DNA from: Mobula hypostoma
Taxonomy: Eukaryota
Assembly (NCBI RefSeq): GCF_963921235.1
Contig: NC_086116.1
Location: forward strand, 29,016,001 to 29,080,000
DNA length: 64,000 nucleotides
Direction: 5' to 3'
Under the pieces are notes generated by a model. That model ran no database searches. It saw nothing but the letters and a program-made list of their open reading frames with translations, and was not told the origin of the DNA. A program made the position numbers and the translations under genes. This document shows, one piece after another, positions 23,500 to 35,150 of this stretch. The stretch's first letter is position 1; each line of letters starts with the position of its first letter.

Positions 23500-24197
23500 A
23501 TGCCATGATAGTGCAATGGTGAACATGACGCTACTACAGCTCGACCTCCAAGAGGACTACAATCTTCTTGTGGTTTGGAAGCTTGTGTGTCTCAAGAACC
23601 CAGAGAGTTATGTTGGCTGGAGGCAGGACTTTAAGCTTTGGCTCTTGGTAGGGTCACCTATGCCAAACAGGTTAAAGAGTAGAGGTCAGACTAAGAGTGA
23701 TCCACCGATCCTCCAGGTTCAGAGGTTCAGCTCAGGACTAACAAATATGACTGGTTAAACTACAATGAAAAATCCTTCTACATCTGAGTGTGATGGTATT
23801 CTTGAGGCTCCACCCGGGACTTGCCGACTGACAGCAGTGAAATCCGAGAGGAAGCTACTGGAATGATGAAGGAAGTCATAAGCACTGCCAGAGATGGTGG
23901 ACCTTCGTTGTTGTCCTAAATGCCAGTGGTGAAACGGGCAAAAGAAAGAATTACAGCTTGAATTTCATTCAGAGTTTATTCCTTGCGTACTCTGTAAGGG
24001 GTCGGTACATCCTTCCCGTGGAATATGTGGGTTTTCTCATGGTCATCTGGTTTCCTCCCACACTCCAATGACATACTGGGTAGGTTAGTTAGTCATTGTA
24101 ACTTGTCCTGTGATTAGGTTAGGGTTAAATCAAGGTTGACATGTTGTTTGGTGGAGTGTGGCACGAAGGGCCAGATGGGCTTACTCTGCACTGTATA
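23500..24197 (+). mobile_element. HE1-like V-SINE, split by a family C element
   Basis: tRNA-like head at 23500-23541; V-domain-like GGGTTTTCTC...GGTTTCCTCCCACACTCCAA after the insert. Confidence 0.65.
23542..23951 (+). mobile_element. Non-autonomous element, family C (Expander/Rex3-like RTE 5'UTR plus 3' end)
   Basis: TSD TACAGCT at 23535-23541 and 23952-23958; TGGTAGGGTCACCTATGCCAAACAGG...CAGACTAAGAG resembles fish RTE 5'UTRs; partial second copy at ~29810-30232. Confidence 0.6.
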
Positions 24198-24199
24198 GT

Positions 24200-24503
24200 A
24201 CTGAGCTAGGGTGCCTAAGACATTTGCACAGTACTGTACTAATTTTGTGAATAGCACTGTACAGCTGCCACAAAAAAGAAAACAAATTTTGGTGACGTGT
24301 GAGTGTTGATAAACCTGATTCTGATTTGGGTCTCTATTCTGGACTGAGATTAGGCGGGAAGAGGGGAATCATGCTTCGGAAAAGGGGAAGGGATAAGGAA
24401 GGAAGCGGGAAGCACCAGAAAGACATTCTGTAATGATCAATAAACCAATCATCTGAAATCAAATGACCTTGCTTTGTGGCTCAGGACTGGGTGTGTCTGC
24501 ACC
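24200..24503. mobile_element. Composite Tc1-like element, partial copy
   Basis: GCTAGGGTGCCTAAGACATTTGCACAGTACTG followed by the shared interior. Confidence 0.75.
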
Positions 24504-24577
24504 ACAAGAGCAACAAATTTCACAACATATACCGGTGATATTAAACCTGATTCTGAAGCTGATAAAGGATTTTGTAA

Positions 24578-24860
24578 AATTCCTTGAGATGCAGCAAGGA
24601 GTAGGCCTTTTTGGCCCTTCGAGCCGCACTGGCCAGCAACCCCGATTTAATCCTAGCCTAATCAAGGGACAATATACAATGACCATTTAACCTACCAACC
24701 AGTACATCTTTGGACTGTGGGAGGAAACCAGAGAACCCAGAGGAAACCTACACAGTCAGGGGAAGAACGTACAAACTCCTGACTGGCAGTGGCCGGAACT
24801 GAACCCGGATCACTGGTACTGTGAAGTACCGTGCTAACCACTATGCTACCGTTCCGCCCC
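24578..24860 (-). mobile_element. HE1-like V-SINE
   Basis: Reverse complement of the SINE at 27181; A/B boxes at the right end. Confidence 0.8.
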
Positions 24861-25778
24861 TTTCCTTCTGATTACTGCCTATCGTCGTTGTCGAATTGAT
24901 GGATCAATGCTACACCAGGTAGACTTGGATGGCTACTATAGGTCACCAACTAATGAACAGCAAGTTCGTTGCACTTTCCAACTTAAATACTTGTCCTTGT
25001 AAACCCAAGAAAGAATGTAGAGAAAATATATGAGGTTAGGGGAAAAAGAGAATAGCTCTTAATTTCTTTTTCAGTGTCCCCTATCAATCAGTAATTGTTT
25101 CTGAAAAGTAAATTTCTGGTTTAACATATTTTAATATGATGGAGGTGACAGCGATCGTTAACTTTATTCAGCTATGCATGTATTGCAGCTAAAGTAACCA
25201 AAATAAAATATAAATGTCAAATGAACATATTCAGAATATCCAATTATGCAAGATTACTGAAGGACTTGATTGTGAGTGATGTACACGCTCACTACTAAAA
25301 TGAGGATTGATGATATCAGAAGTAATTTGCTGAACATTTTGCCTTCTTTCTGAGTATAGATGACATACACCTGCCTATGTACTGTCCTCTATAATCAGTT
25401 CATTCTTATTTTTATGCAGCCAAACTTCACAATGTGTTCAATTATTTATTTGTTGATGACCTTCAACGGGCATTCAGTAACATGAAGGCTAGGAAGCCCA
25501 TTAAATCATTTCAATACATAAGTGTGAAAATTGAAAGGGTCCCCTCCCAAGCTTGTATATCACGTCACATGGCTATAAATGCTTCTGTACAAATACAAGT
25601 GTTTGTTGCACCAATAGCTTTCAAATAAGTTAGTAAGTTTTAATTTTCAGTTAGTATTGGTATCATTTCACAGGACACTGCTGAATGCTAAATGAAATAT
25701 TTGGCCATTGCATAATTGAATACCCTGTGGTTCACTGAGTTAAGGAGCACAAAAGCAAAAAGAATACACTGTCATCTA

Positions 25779-26303
25779 CAATGCTGTACAAAAATATGTA
25801 CCATATACATATAGCTATATCTCTAAGGTGACTAAGACCTTTGCACAGTGCTGTAGTAACTTTATGCATTGCACTATACTGCTGCCACACATATTATAAA
25901 CCTGATTCTCATGTGGAACTCTATGGTGGACTGAAAGTGGGAAGGAAGCAGGGACAGGGGACTCGTGGTTGGAAAAGGGGGGAAAGAAAGGGGACGGAGC
26001 AGGAAGCACCAGAAAGACATTCTGTAATGATCAATAAAGCAATTGTTTGGAATCGAATGACCTTACCTGGTGTCTCAGGGCTGGGTGTGTCTGTACCCAT
26101 GCCACTCTCTGCACCTGGCACACTTTCTCTGCCACCTGTCCCACACCCCTCCCAGGGCATACCACCCTCTCCATTCCCAACATCCTTTGCTCCCGCCAAA
26201 TTTACAAACTCACTCTACGCTCCATGTTGACAAATACAGTACTGTGCCAAAGTCTTACACAACCCAGCTAAGTATATGTGCCTAAGTCTTCTGCACAGTT
26301 CTG
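25779..26303. mobile_element. Composite Tc1-like element (copy 3)
   Basis: TA flanks; palindromic double-TIR units at both ends. Confidence 0.8.
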
Positions 26304-27180
26304 TATGATTACTAAGTAGGAATTAAGCTTGCAGCATTATGAAGTACAGAGTATTCTAATTAGTTCCAGTTAAAATCATAGAAGATTCCATTCATTCGTG
26401 CTTCTATAAATTCTGAGCTTCATTTGAAATGGTCATTTTAAACCACTGAAGTCCTGGTGGTGAAAGTGCATATTGGGATTCTTGTTGCAATGCGTAGGGA
26501 TGGACAGGGCTAATTGCATACCAGGTTGCCGTATGTAGAGCTGAGGTGGAGTGATCTCCTGACCTAGATGTGTGTAGTGTCCACTCAGGTTCTTTCACAT
26601 TTCATAAGGAAAGAACAGACAGAGCGTACAATCTGCAGAAATCAGCACACCCTGAACAAGCAAGTTGAATATAATGTTTATACTCAAAACTATAAAATAC
26701 GTTCCCCATTTGACATATGGAGCAGGTCATTGACTATGGTAGGGTTGAGTAGCAGCCCTTCGTGAATCTATTTGCATCTCTTCACAACTAGCTTAGGTAG
26801 AAACGACACAGTGCTGAAAATGTAATATGTGACTAATTGCCTCTTAAGACTGATGGCAGTCACACTGAATTTTTCATTCACTAATTTCCATGTTGTAGCC
26901 TGTTATTTTTTTCAGACTATTAAACATGCCTTTCTGAAGCTTTCTTCTTCTGTTGCAAATGATAGTGACTGAAGAAGTAATTCTAAAATTTAAACTGTTT
27001 TATATTAAGCAAATTACAATTATATTATATTCACATTAAATTCCTCTGTGTGCTATTTCAACAGGCTCATTACTGGCTTAAAGTAAGAGAGATTTTATAT
27101 GTTGAGCATTTGTATGATAATATTCCACAGAATAATTTCCTGCCTATAAAAACTGATAAAAACCCTTCCAAGAATAAAGC

Positions 27181-27465
27181 AGGGTGGCACAGTAGTATAG
27201 TGGTTAGCACAACGCTTTACAATAACCGCAACCCGGGTTCAATTCCCACCACTGCCTGTAAGGAGTTGGTATGTTCCCCACGTGACCGTGTGGGTTTCCT
27301 CTGGGTGCTCCAGTTTCCTCCCATATTCCAAAGACATACTGGTTGGTAGGTAACTTGGTTAGTGTAAATTGTCTCACGATTAGACTAGGGTTAAATCAGG
27401 GGTTGTTGGGTACCGCGGCTCAAAGGGACAGAAAGGCTTGTTCCATGCTATATCACAATAAATAG
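27181..27465 (+). mobile_element. HE1-like V-SINE
   Basis: A-box TAGTATAGTGG, B-box GGTTCAATTCC, V-domain GGGTTTCCTCTGGGTGCTCCAGTTTCCTCCCA, AATAAATA tail. Confidence 0.85.
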
Positions 27466-27749
27466 GTAAAAATGAGTTGTACACATTCATGCACAAATGC
27501 GCATATACAGTACATGCATATTTAAACAGTTAAAAGTAGTGGCCAAAACAGAAGATTGTGGAATAGATTAAAGTGACCAGAAATAATTAGTATTGTGATT
27601 TAAAAAATTGTAAGAGGGTTGGAATTGAAGGTAGAGAAAAAAAAAGTATTTGTAATTATTACTTAAGTGCCAGATCATCATTGACTTACACATCCTGGAG
27701 ACACTAGAACTATCAGAGCTTTACTCTCCGTTAACAAACACCAGCATAA

Positions 27750-28542
27750 TGGATAAGGCAGCATCTATTATTAAGGACCCCCTTCACCCAGAACATGCCC
27801 ACTTCTCAGGAATGAGGAACAGAAGCATGAAGGCACACACACAATGATTCAGGAACAGCTTCTTCCCCTCTGCCATCTAATCTCTGAATGGACATTGAAC
27901 CCATTAGTAGAGCTACTAGGACTTAATGTTTCAATCCCTATGGTAAGTTGGCAGTCTCGATGTTGGCAGTGGGCTTGGAATGGTGACAAGGAGGGAGGGT
28001 AGGTACGTCATCGGGGTCATCGGGTGGGCACCCTCCTTCTTTGACGTTTCGTTGATAAGCCCACGACGTCTCCAGAGGGCTCAACGGTGCTACCTGGCAT
28101 CCCAGATACACCCCCCTCAGTTCTATACCCTCCTGTCTTCATCTTGCAGCCCAGTTGTTGTCTTTCCTTTTAATCCAAATCCAGTTGCTGCTTTCTTCTG
28201 CTGCGTTTGACAAGGACTTGATTGCTTGTTGGAGGGAGTGACCCCTCACCCCCATCTTCTTCAATAGACCGGTCATAGATGTAGCAACGAATCCCCTGCG
28301 TCCCACTTCTACAGGGAAAATCTTGGTCTTCCAGCCATGAGCATTACATCATACTTATTTTTTACTTATTTTTCTCTTTTTTGAACTACTTATTTAATTT
28401 AACTTAATTTATATATATATATATATATATATACACTTCTGTAATTTACAGTTTTTATTATTATGTATTGCTATGTACTGCTGATGCATAACAACAAATT
28501 TCATGACATACGCCAGTAATATTAAACCTGATTCTCATTCTG
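27750..28542 (+). mobile_element. Rex1/Babar 3' fragment split by a HERO insertion; contains (AT)n at ~28410-28433
   Basis: TTCAGGAACAGCTTCTTCCCCTC, GGACATTGAACCCAT|...|CCATGAGCA, and tail AAACCTGATTCT. Confidence 0.75.
27905..28334 (-). mobile_element. HERO-clade (RLE-type) non-LTR retrotransposon 3' fragment
   Basis: Manual translation of 28333-28139: WKTKIFPVEVGRRGFVATSMTGLLKKMGVRGHSLQQAIKSLSNAAEESSNWIWIKRKDNNWAAR*, matching the recalled HERO C-terminus (PVEVGxRGF...SxWxWxKR). CCAT lies on both sides. Confidence 0.8.
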
Positions 28543-28792
28543 AAGTACCTGCTTAAAGCAATGGGATCCACATTCCTTTCGGATTTCAGGTTTCAGTCAT
28601 ATGATCAAGGCATGATTACTCTAATTGTGATGTTAACTAGATAGGTTGAGCGGAAATCTAGGAGAAAACAATAGAGAAGAAACAAAGGGACTCTGATAGT
28701 CATATGTAGGACAGATTTGTTCTCAGTTCCCTTATGTACATGGATCTACAGGGTTGACTTTCACTGGATCCCATAAGCAAAGTTTCCTGAGG

Positions 28793-30213
28793 ACACCACC
28801 TATGTTCCCCCAATGCTACTGGTGCCTGAAACCATTTCACAGTTCCTGAAATTGTCCTACAGTAACATAACGCTTCTCAGTCCTATCATGAACCTAGTGA
28901 CCCTCAATAGTCATGAGGTTTAACTGCTTACTTTCAGTCAAAGGCAGCTGAAATCTAGGCCAGGAAACATATGTAGCCAATGTTTCTGCATGTCCACATG
29001 AGATGGGAACATAACTGCCCGGATCACTTAAGTAGTTAGAAACATAGAAACGTAGAAAACCTACAGCACAATACAGGCCCTGCGGCCTACAGTACTGTTA
29101 AAATCCAATTTAATAATCAATTATAATTAGGGTTGATTTTGATTTTTGAGTGAATGAAATTCAGGGCAGGTTTATGAAGACGCTGTCACAGGACGCGCTC
29201 TCAGGACTGGACCTAAGTGCAGAGGAACGGCAGACTCTGTGGTCACTGGCACTGACTCAACCCAGGTGCTCAGATGGCAGCCTCGGTCACAGTGAGCTCT
29301 AGCAACGACTCAATCCAGGAGCAGAGGAACAGCAGACTCTGTCACAGTGAGCTCTGGCAATGAATCAACTGGGAGTGAAGGACAGCAAACTTCCCAGGAA
29401 GAGAGGGAAACAAGAAGTTAGATGTAGGAATGCCAGCAGAGCATCGGAGGCACGACCGAGTGATGCCTTGACACTAAACATTCTCCACAAACACTCAGTC
29501 GGACTCTGTTTATAGAGCTCAATGAGAGTTCCTTTTCAATAATCATAGAATGTGAGAAAGACACAATCAAGTTGACAAGACCACACAGAAAACACTTGGG
29601 CTCCAACAGCTCTAATAGGTGCTCAAGAAGCCCAAAGCTCTACAGCAAGCCGTTCAAGCCCACAACGCTCATAACAGACTCAGGAGAGAATTACAACTTT
29701 GGCGTCACCAAAGTGGGAAGGAATATTAGGTCGTATTAGTGATGGGGATTCAATAGATGGGAAAATAGTTAGGCATTCCTTTATTTGTGGACACAACTCC
29801 AGAATGGTACATTTCCTCCACCGGTCCTGTAGGTTTGAGCTTTTAGTTCAGGCTAACAACTCTGACTGGTAAAACAAAAGCAATGAAGACCCCGTCTACA
29901 TCTGTGTGCAACAATATTCCAGAGTTCCAGTAGTGAAAACCCAGAGAGGAAGCTATTGACATGATGAACAGCACCAGTGATGGGGGACCTTTATTGATGC
30001 TCATCTCATGTGGACATGCAGAAACATTGGCTACATATGTTTCCTGGCCTAGATTTCAGCTGCCTTTGACTGAAAGTATCAGTTAAACCTCATGACTATT
30101 GAGGGCCACTAGGTTCATGATAGGATTGAGAAGCGTTATGTTACTGTAGGACAATTTCAGGAACTGTGAAATGGTTTCAGGCACCAGTAGCATTGGGGGA
30201 ACATAGGTGGTGT
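28793..30213. repeat. 213-bp inverted repeat (arms 28793-29005 and 30002-30213)
   Basis: About 3 substitutions and 1 indel between the arms by eye; ~1 kb spacer. Confidence 0.95.
29184..29676. mobile_element. Probable solo LTR with internal tandem repeats
   Basis: TGTCAC...ATAACA termini; 5-bp flanks GACGC/GACTC; repeated GAGGAACRGCAGACTCTGT and GTCACAGTGAGCTCT blocks. Confidence 0.6.
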
Positions 30214-31261
30214 AATGGGAGGTAAGTTAGATAGACTAAAGAAAGCACTAGCTGATGAATGCATGATCCAATGGGCTTTCAAAAGGGAATAAGGAAGATA
30301 TATGGTAGAGAATATTTTTAAGGCTTTGAAGAAGGAGCTGTGGGTAAGGAGCTAGAGATTTGCTCTGATAGTGAGATGGAGTAGACAAAATTGATTCTTT
30401 GTCCTGTAACTATTCCATGATTCTATGAAGTGATGTCTATTTTTGACTACTTTTTGTTCAGAAAAATGTGAGTTTAAATTGATCGAGAAAGTAAATGATC
30501 TTTTCGAGTAGATGATCAAGGACAACCTGTACCCTCATACAAACATAAAGAAACACAAATTGTTCGGCATTTTTCCTATAAAACCGCACTTCTTTAACCA
30601 TCTCTTCCCTATTGTGACTGTTTCAGCAAAGTCAGTGATGCTGCACCAATATTTGCAATTAAGTCTTGAACGATGGAACACAAGAACACAAATGTCAGAA
30701 TGAAGTAAAAGAATGAATGAAGAATTATATTGAGTGAGATGAAAAAAATCAGCATTTCTGCCAAATCCATTCCTTTCCGGAAGAGCAGGTTTGCTTAAAA
30801 TTAACTCATAACCTGAAGAATTAGTTTCAGTTCTTTTTTTTCCAATAGCTCCATCATATATTTCTGTGCTTTTTCAACTCTTTAGATTTTCATCATGATA
30901 TTAAAAGTCAATCTGATATGAGGACCAAACTCACGGGCAGTGATTAGCGGATCTGAATGATTAAACATGAGTAATTAAATGTCATTTGCCTCCAGTTCAC
31001 TTACTGCTGAATTTTTGCTTTAAAATGTCAGAAATATTCCATTCAACCACATCTAAGGCATTATTACTAAGAGAAGGGGTTTAAAAGGAAATTCTAATTT
31101 GGATCATACAAAAATAATTGCAATTTTACATACTGTCTAAAATACTTTGTAATAATAATATGTAATTTTAAAAACAATTTAATATTTTTTTTAATTCTAC
31201 ACCTACTGGGCATTTTATGCATTGTAAAGCATATTTCTTTTAATGAAACCAGTTTTTTATA

Positions 31262-31338
31262 CAGTACTGTACAAAGGTTTAGGCACATATACGGTATCAA
31301 ACAATATGTACAGTAGTTAAGACTTTTGCATAGTTCTG
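31262..31338. mobile_element. Solo 77-bp palindromic Tc1 MITE (MADE-like), same TIR as the composite element
   Basis: TA-CAGTACTGTACAAAGGTTTAGGCAC...TAAGACTTTTGCATAGTTCTG-TA. Confidence 0.8.
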
Positions 31339-31723
31339 TATCCTTAAGAATGTTTAATGATTTCAACCCTGTCATGGTTCATCAATCGTCAAGGGCATGT
31401 ATAATAGAGTCTTTCATCCACTTGTTGTGAAACTCAAATTAAACCTGAGTGATGGAGCTCCTCAGGTGTTAAACCTTCTTTTTGTATTGCAGCACACCTA
31501 TGGTATAGATATCTACTAATCCTCTTTCAGCATTCATATGGAAATAACTTTCTTTGTTCTTTCTCTGAACAGTCAGGTGGGCAATACAAAATTACATGCT
31601 TGGTGTGATTTTTTCTTCATTGGGAGTATAAAACAGAAATGAATGTGTGCTGCTCGGAAGGACCCATAAGGTTTCCATGCATTTCTTTAATTTCTTTTAG
31701 GCATCATTCTTGTGCCAAGGTGC

Positions 31724-32097
31724 AGAGGCCTCTGTTAGTCATGGTCAGCCATGGATGTTGCATTCTGTCTGTCTAGATAAGCAAGCCTGCTCTGTACAAT
31801 ACGGAGAGCAAGCTGTTGCCCACGCAGCCAGCTCCCCTTGCCACGCATCTGATGAATCCAAAGAAATGGCAGAGACCGATAAAGTTTGGCACCAGCAGCA
31901 TCACAGGAGTTGCCAGTCAGTGTTGAACTCTTCATAGGATTCCAGCTCCAGATTTTCCCTCTGGGATTGCTTCCCCATGAGCGGGTATAGCCACAAGTCA
32001 ATGGAGGATTGGGATCAGAGTTTTCCTTCTCCTAGATGAGTTGCCAGCTACGGCTGACAAACCCCATCTGCCCAAAGCCACTGGTTGTAAAGCATCA
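31724..32097 (-). mobile_element. Family A element, 5'-truncated copy
   Basis: Homologous to 1895-2290. Confidence 0.7.
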
Positions 32098-32264
32098 ATA
32101 TTCTTGTACTAGGCTGTAAATGTGAGAGAAAATGCGGATGAAAAGTTAAGTAGTTTTTAACCTTGGGAAGCCCCTACTGATGAACACTGAGCAGTGGATT
32201 CTCTTTGCACTGTGAGATTGTAAAGATTTGACAAGATGGGGAACAGATTGTAAAGCTACTACAG

Positions 32265-32686
32265 TGTCATATTGTGTACTGGCAGTACTGAATTGAGGTG
32301 TGGGGGAACGGCAGACTCTATCATGGTGAGCGCAGGCAGGACTGAACCCAGTTGCGGAGGAGTGACAGAACCCCCGTGAAGAGACTGAAAACAAGAGGTT
32401 ATACAAAGGAATATCAGCAAAGCGTCGGTGGTACGACCGAGCGACACCAAGAGACAAATCATTCTACACACAAGGACTCCCCTGTCAGCGCTAATCTGGG
32501 GTCCAAACAAAATAATCAGAGAAAGCAGAAAACCCGTGCTGTCACAAATAACTTGACAAGATTAAATAGAAAGCACCAAAGCTTAGTGACTACCGTAAGG
32601 GCAACAATTCGGAAACACAGATGCTCAAGAAACCCAGAAGCCCAATGCTCTATGGCAACCCCCAGAGGCCCACCGGGTTCATGACA
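32265..32686. mobile_element. Probable solo LTR related to 29184-29676
   Basis: TGTCAT...ATGACA termini; TACAG on both sides (offset by one T on the right); shares GGAACGGCAGACTCT and GCTCAAGAA..CCCA.AAGC. Confidence 0.6.
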
Positions 32687-32819
32687 TTACAGTGCCAGTA
32701 ACTCAAAAAAAAATCAAAGTGCTATCTTTAACATTTGAAACATTACACATTGACTGTTATTTAGATATGTTGAAACAGCTATAAATCTTGAGTCTTAAAT
32801 GTCTCTATGAAATTGGAAC

Positions 32820-33230
32820 GTCCTTCCTTGTGCCCTTAACTCCTGTCGGGGCGCCGTCATGACAAGCTTTGTACCAGTCCGTTCCATCTGTCGTGGTTGC
32901 TCATCACGCAGCGTGTCTTGGGCATCTGAAACCTGGTGGAGCCCATCCCTCTCCAGGTTTGACCACAGCCGATTTCCTCCAACCAGGTGGCTCACCTTGG
33001 TCGTGAACACGTGGCCGTTATAGTTCATCTGAGAACCTTTCCGTCCCAGCCGGTGACTTCATCATGGAAGTCATTCGCTCAGAGGTGCCGTGTTAACACC
33101 ACCCCCTCACGTGGTTTAGCCCACCAGCTGAAGCGGTTTACCGGCGTATGGTGCTTGGAGCCAACACGTGAGAGATTTAGGAGATGGATGAGGACCAGTG
33201 ATGCCCGTCCACCCTGTCTACTAGGGGGCA
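32820..33230 (-). mobile_element. CpG-rich non-autonomous element, family D, with RTE-like 3' end
   Basis: GC/CpG-rich island in AT-rich DNA; minus strand ends GCCCCGACAGGAGTTAAGGGCACAAGGAAGGA. Single copy. Confidence 0.4.
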
Positions 33231-33532
33231 GCTTGTCAGTCATCAAAGGTACTACCTCTGTACAGAGCTCCCTACACCCCAATTGGCACATATGATAGAA
33301 TAAGTATATCTTTCAGGTTTGAAGCTTCCAACATTTTTGCACAAATCAACAATTTGGAAAAATAAAATGAGTATCTAAGAAAACCAAACCACTTATGTCA
33401 AAATGAAAATGGTTAATATTTGTTTCCTCAAGGCTACTTGCTCATCAGGTGTGCTGCCTTTTACCCGAGGTGGACAGAGGCAGTGAAAGTCGCGGCAAGG
33501 AGAGCAAGCCGGTAGCAAGAGTGTTTGAAACA

Positions 33533-33810
33533 TGGGGGTGGCATGATAGCATTGGTGGTTAGTGCAATGCTTTATAGTACCAGCAACTCAGGTTCAATTC
33601 CCGTCACTTCCTGTAAGCAGTTTGCACATTCTTCCCGTGACCACGTGGGTTTCCTCCAGGTGCTCCAGTTTCCTCCCACATCCCAAAGGCATACCGATTG
33701 GGAGACTAATTGGTCATTCAGGATTAAATTGAGGGATTTCTGGGAGGCATGGCTCAAAGGGCCAGAAGGGCCTATTCAGCGCTATATCTCAATAATTAAT
33801 AAATAAATAC
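33533..33810 (+). mobile_element. HE1-like V-SINE
   Basis: A/B boxes, V-domain, (AAAT)n tail. Confidence 0.85.
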
Positions 33811-34696
33811 TAAACACAGTGGATTTGGTTTTCTAAGCAAAAAAAAAGGTGCATTTTACTCAGAGAGAAATTAACAGCAAGGCACGTACATCAGCAAATT
33901 CCATTCTTATTAATAATGTTCTTATGCAAGGTCAATAGCCCAAGCCTGTCTGGTAGAAATACCACTAAGACAATTAATTTTTGTGGATGTTCATGCATTT
34001 AAAGGGATTCAGCAAAATTGTGCTCTATTATTTCAAAAAAAAAGACAGAATTTGGAACAATAAAACTGCTGGCATAATTTACAAGCAGGCTATACATGGT
34101 TGCTGAATAATAGTTGATAAACTATCCTATGTTTTAACTTTGTTTAAAATAGTGTGCTCTATGTCACTGGGGAAAGTGTTCATCCAGAATAAAGTGAAAT
34201 GTATGCATGACTGCTATACTGCCGAGAATTATCAGATCAGGATTAAGAAAAATAACTATACAGAACGAGGCCAACTTCTCTGGTGGGGAGAATATATGGG
34301 ACCATTGGCAATTGTAAATGTTAGTGCAATTTTGTAAATCAAATCCAGGAGGAGATGGTCTTATAAGCATACTGAGACATCTGTATGGCAGCAACAATTC
34401 ATTTAAAAATCAGTGTATGCACAGACAAAGAACAGCGAAGCAATTGATTTAAAGAGATATTGTATCCTCATCGGCCTTCCAGTGACTTCACATACTCAGC
34501 TTTCTCGATTCCTTCCAGACAAATGATATGGTTTTCCATTGTAAAATTAGTTCAAGTAAAATCTATCAGTGGCCTTTTCTGTACATGACCCTGTGAACAT
34601 TCTTTCTTGTTCTACATCTTTATACCACTGGCAATCATAACTCTTGGCTTCTATCTTCACAATCTCAAAAATCCCTTTCTCAACTTCTACATATTG

Positions 34697-35150
34697 AGTC
34701 AAGTCATGTCAAGTTTATTGTCATTGAACTATATACATGTATACTGCCAAATGAGACAATGTTCTTCTGGACCAGGGTGTAAAGCACAGTGGTACACATA
34801 ACTCACATATAACACGCAATAACTTAGAAAAGTAAGAATTAAATCTACAAATGAAATATGCATAGATAAACAAAGTAAAGTGCATAAATTAAATATTGTA
34901 AGGTACAGTACAAATTATCCGATGACACTCCGAATGTGATGCGGCAGAGTGTTCAGAAGCCTAATGGCCTGAGAGAAGCAGTTATTTTCCATCCTGACCA
35001 TTCTTATCCTTATGCATCGGAGTCTTATGTCTGATGGTAGAATGTCAAAGAGGATGCTGGATGGATGGGTGAAATCCTCAACAATACTAGGAGCCCTGCA
35101 TACGCAGCCCTGCATCCCCAATGGATGGTAGGGAAACCCCTATGATCCTC
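34697..35150 (-). mobile_element. Rex1-type LINE 3' fragment (variant tail)
   Basis: THPSSILFDILPS...FSQAIRLLN peptide; (CTTGA)n-like tail. Confidence 0.7.

Noticed and set aside
26404-26598. Minus-strand ORF in unique sequence
   Set aside because: No recognisable domain and no flanking splice signals.
27181-27260. tRNA genes at SINE heads
   Set aside because: The A/B boxes run directly into the V-SINE body and tail, and no full cloverleaf is evident.
28005-28075. Hammerhead-like words (CUGGAGA, GAAACGUC, CCGAUGA) in the HERO 3'UTR
   Set aside because: Core mismatches, and helix I cannot be formed in either topology; a simple hairpin explains the sequence.
28793-30213. The inverted arms as TIRs of a 1.4-kb DNA transposon
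   Set aside because: No TSD, the right arm interrupts an older element that continues outside it, and the spacer is ordinary mixed repeats.
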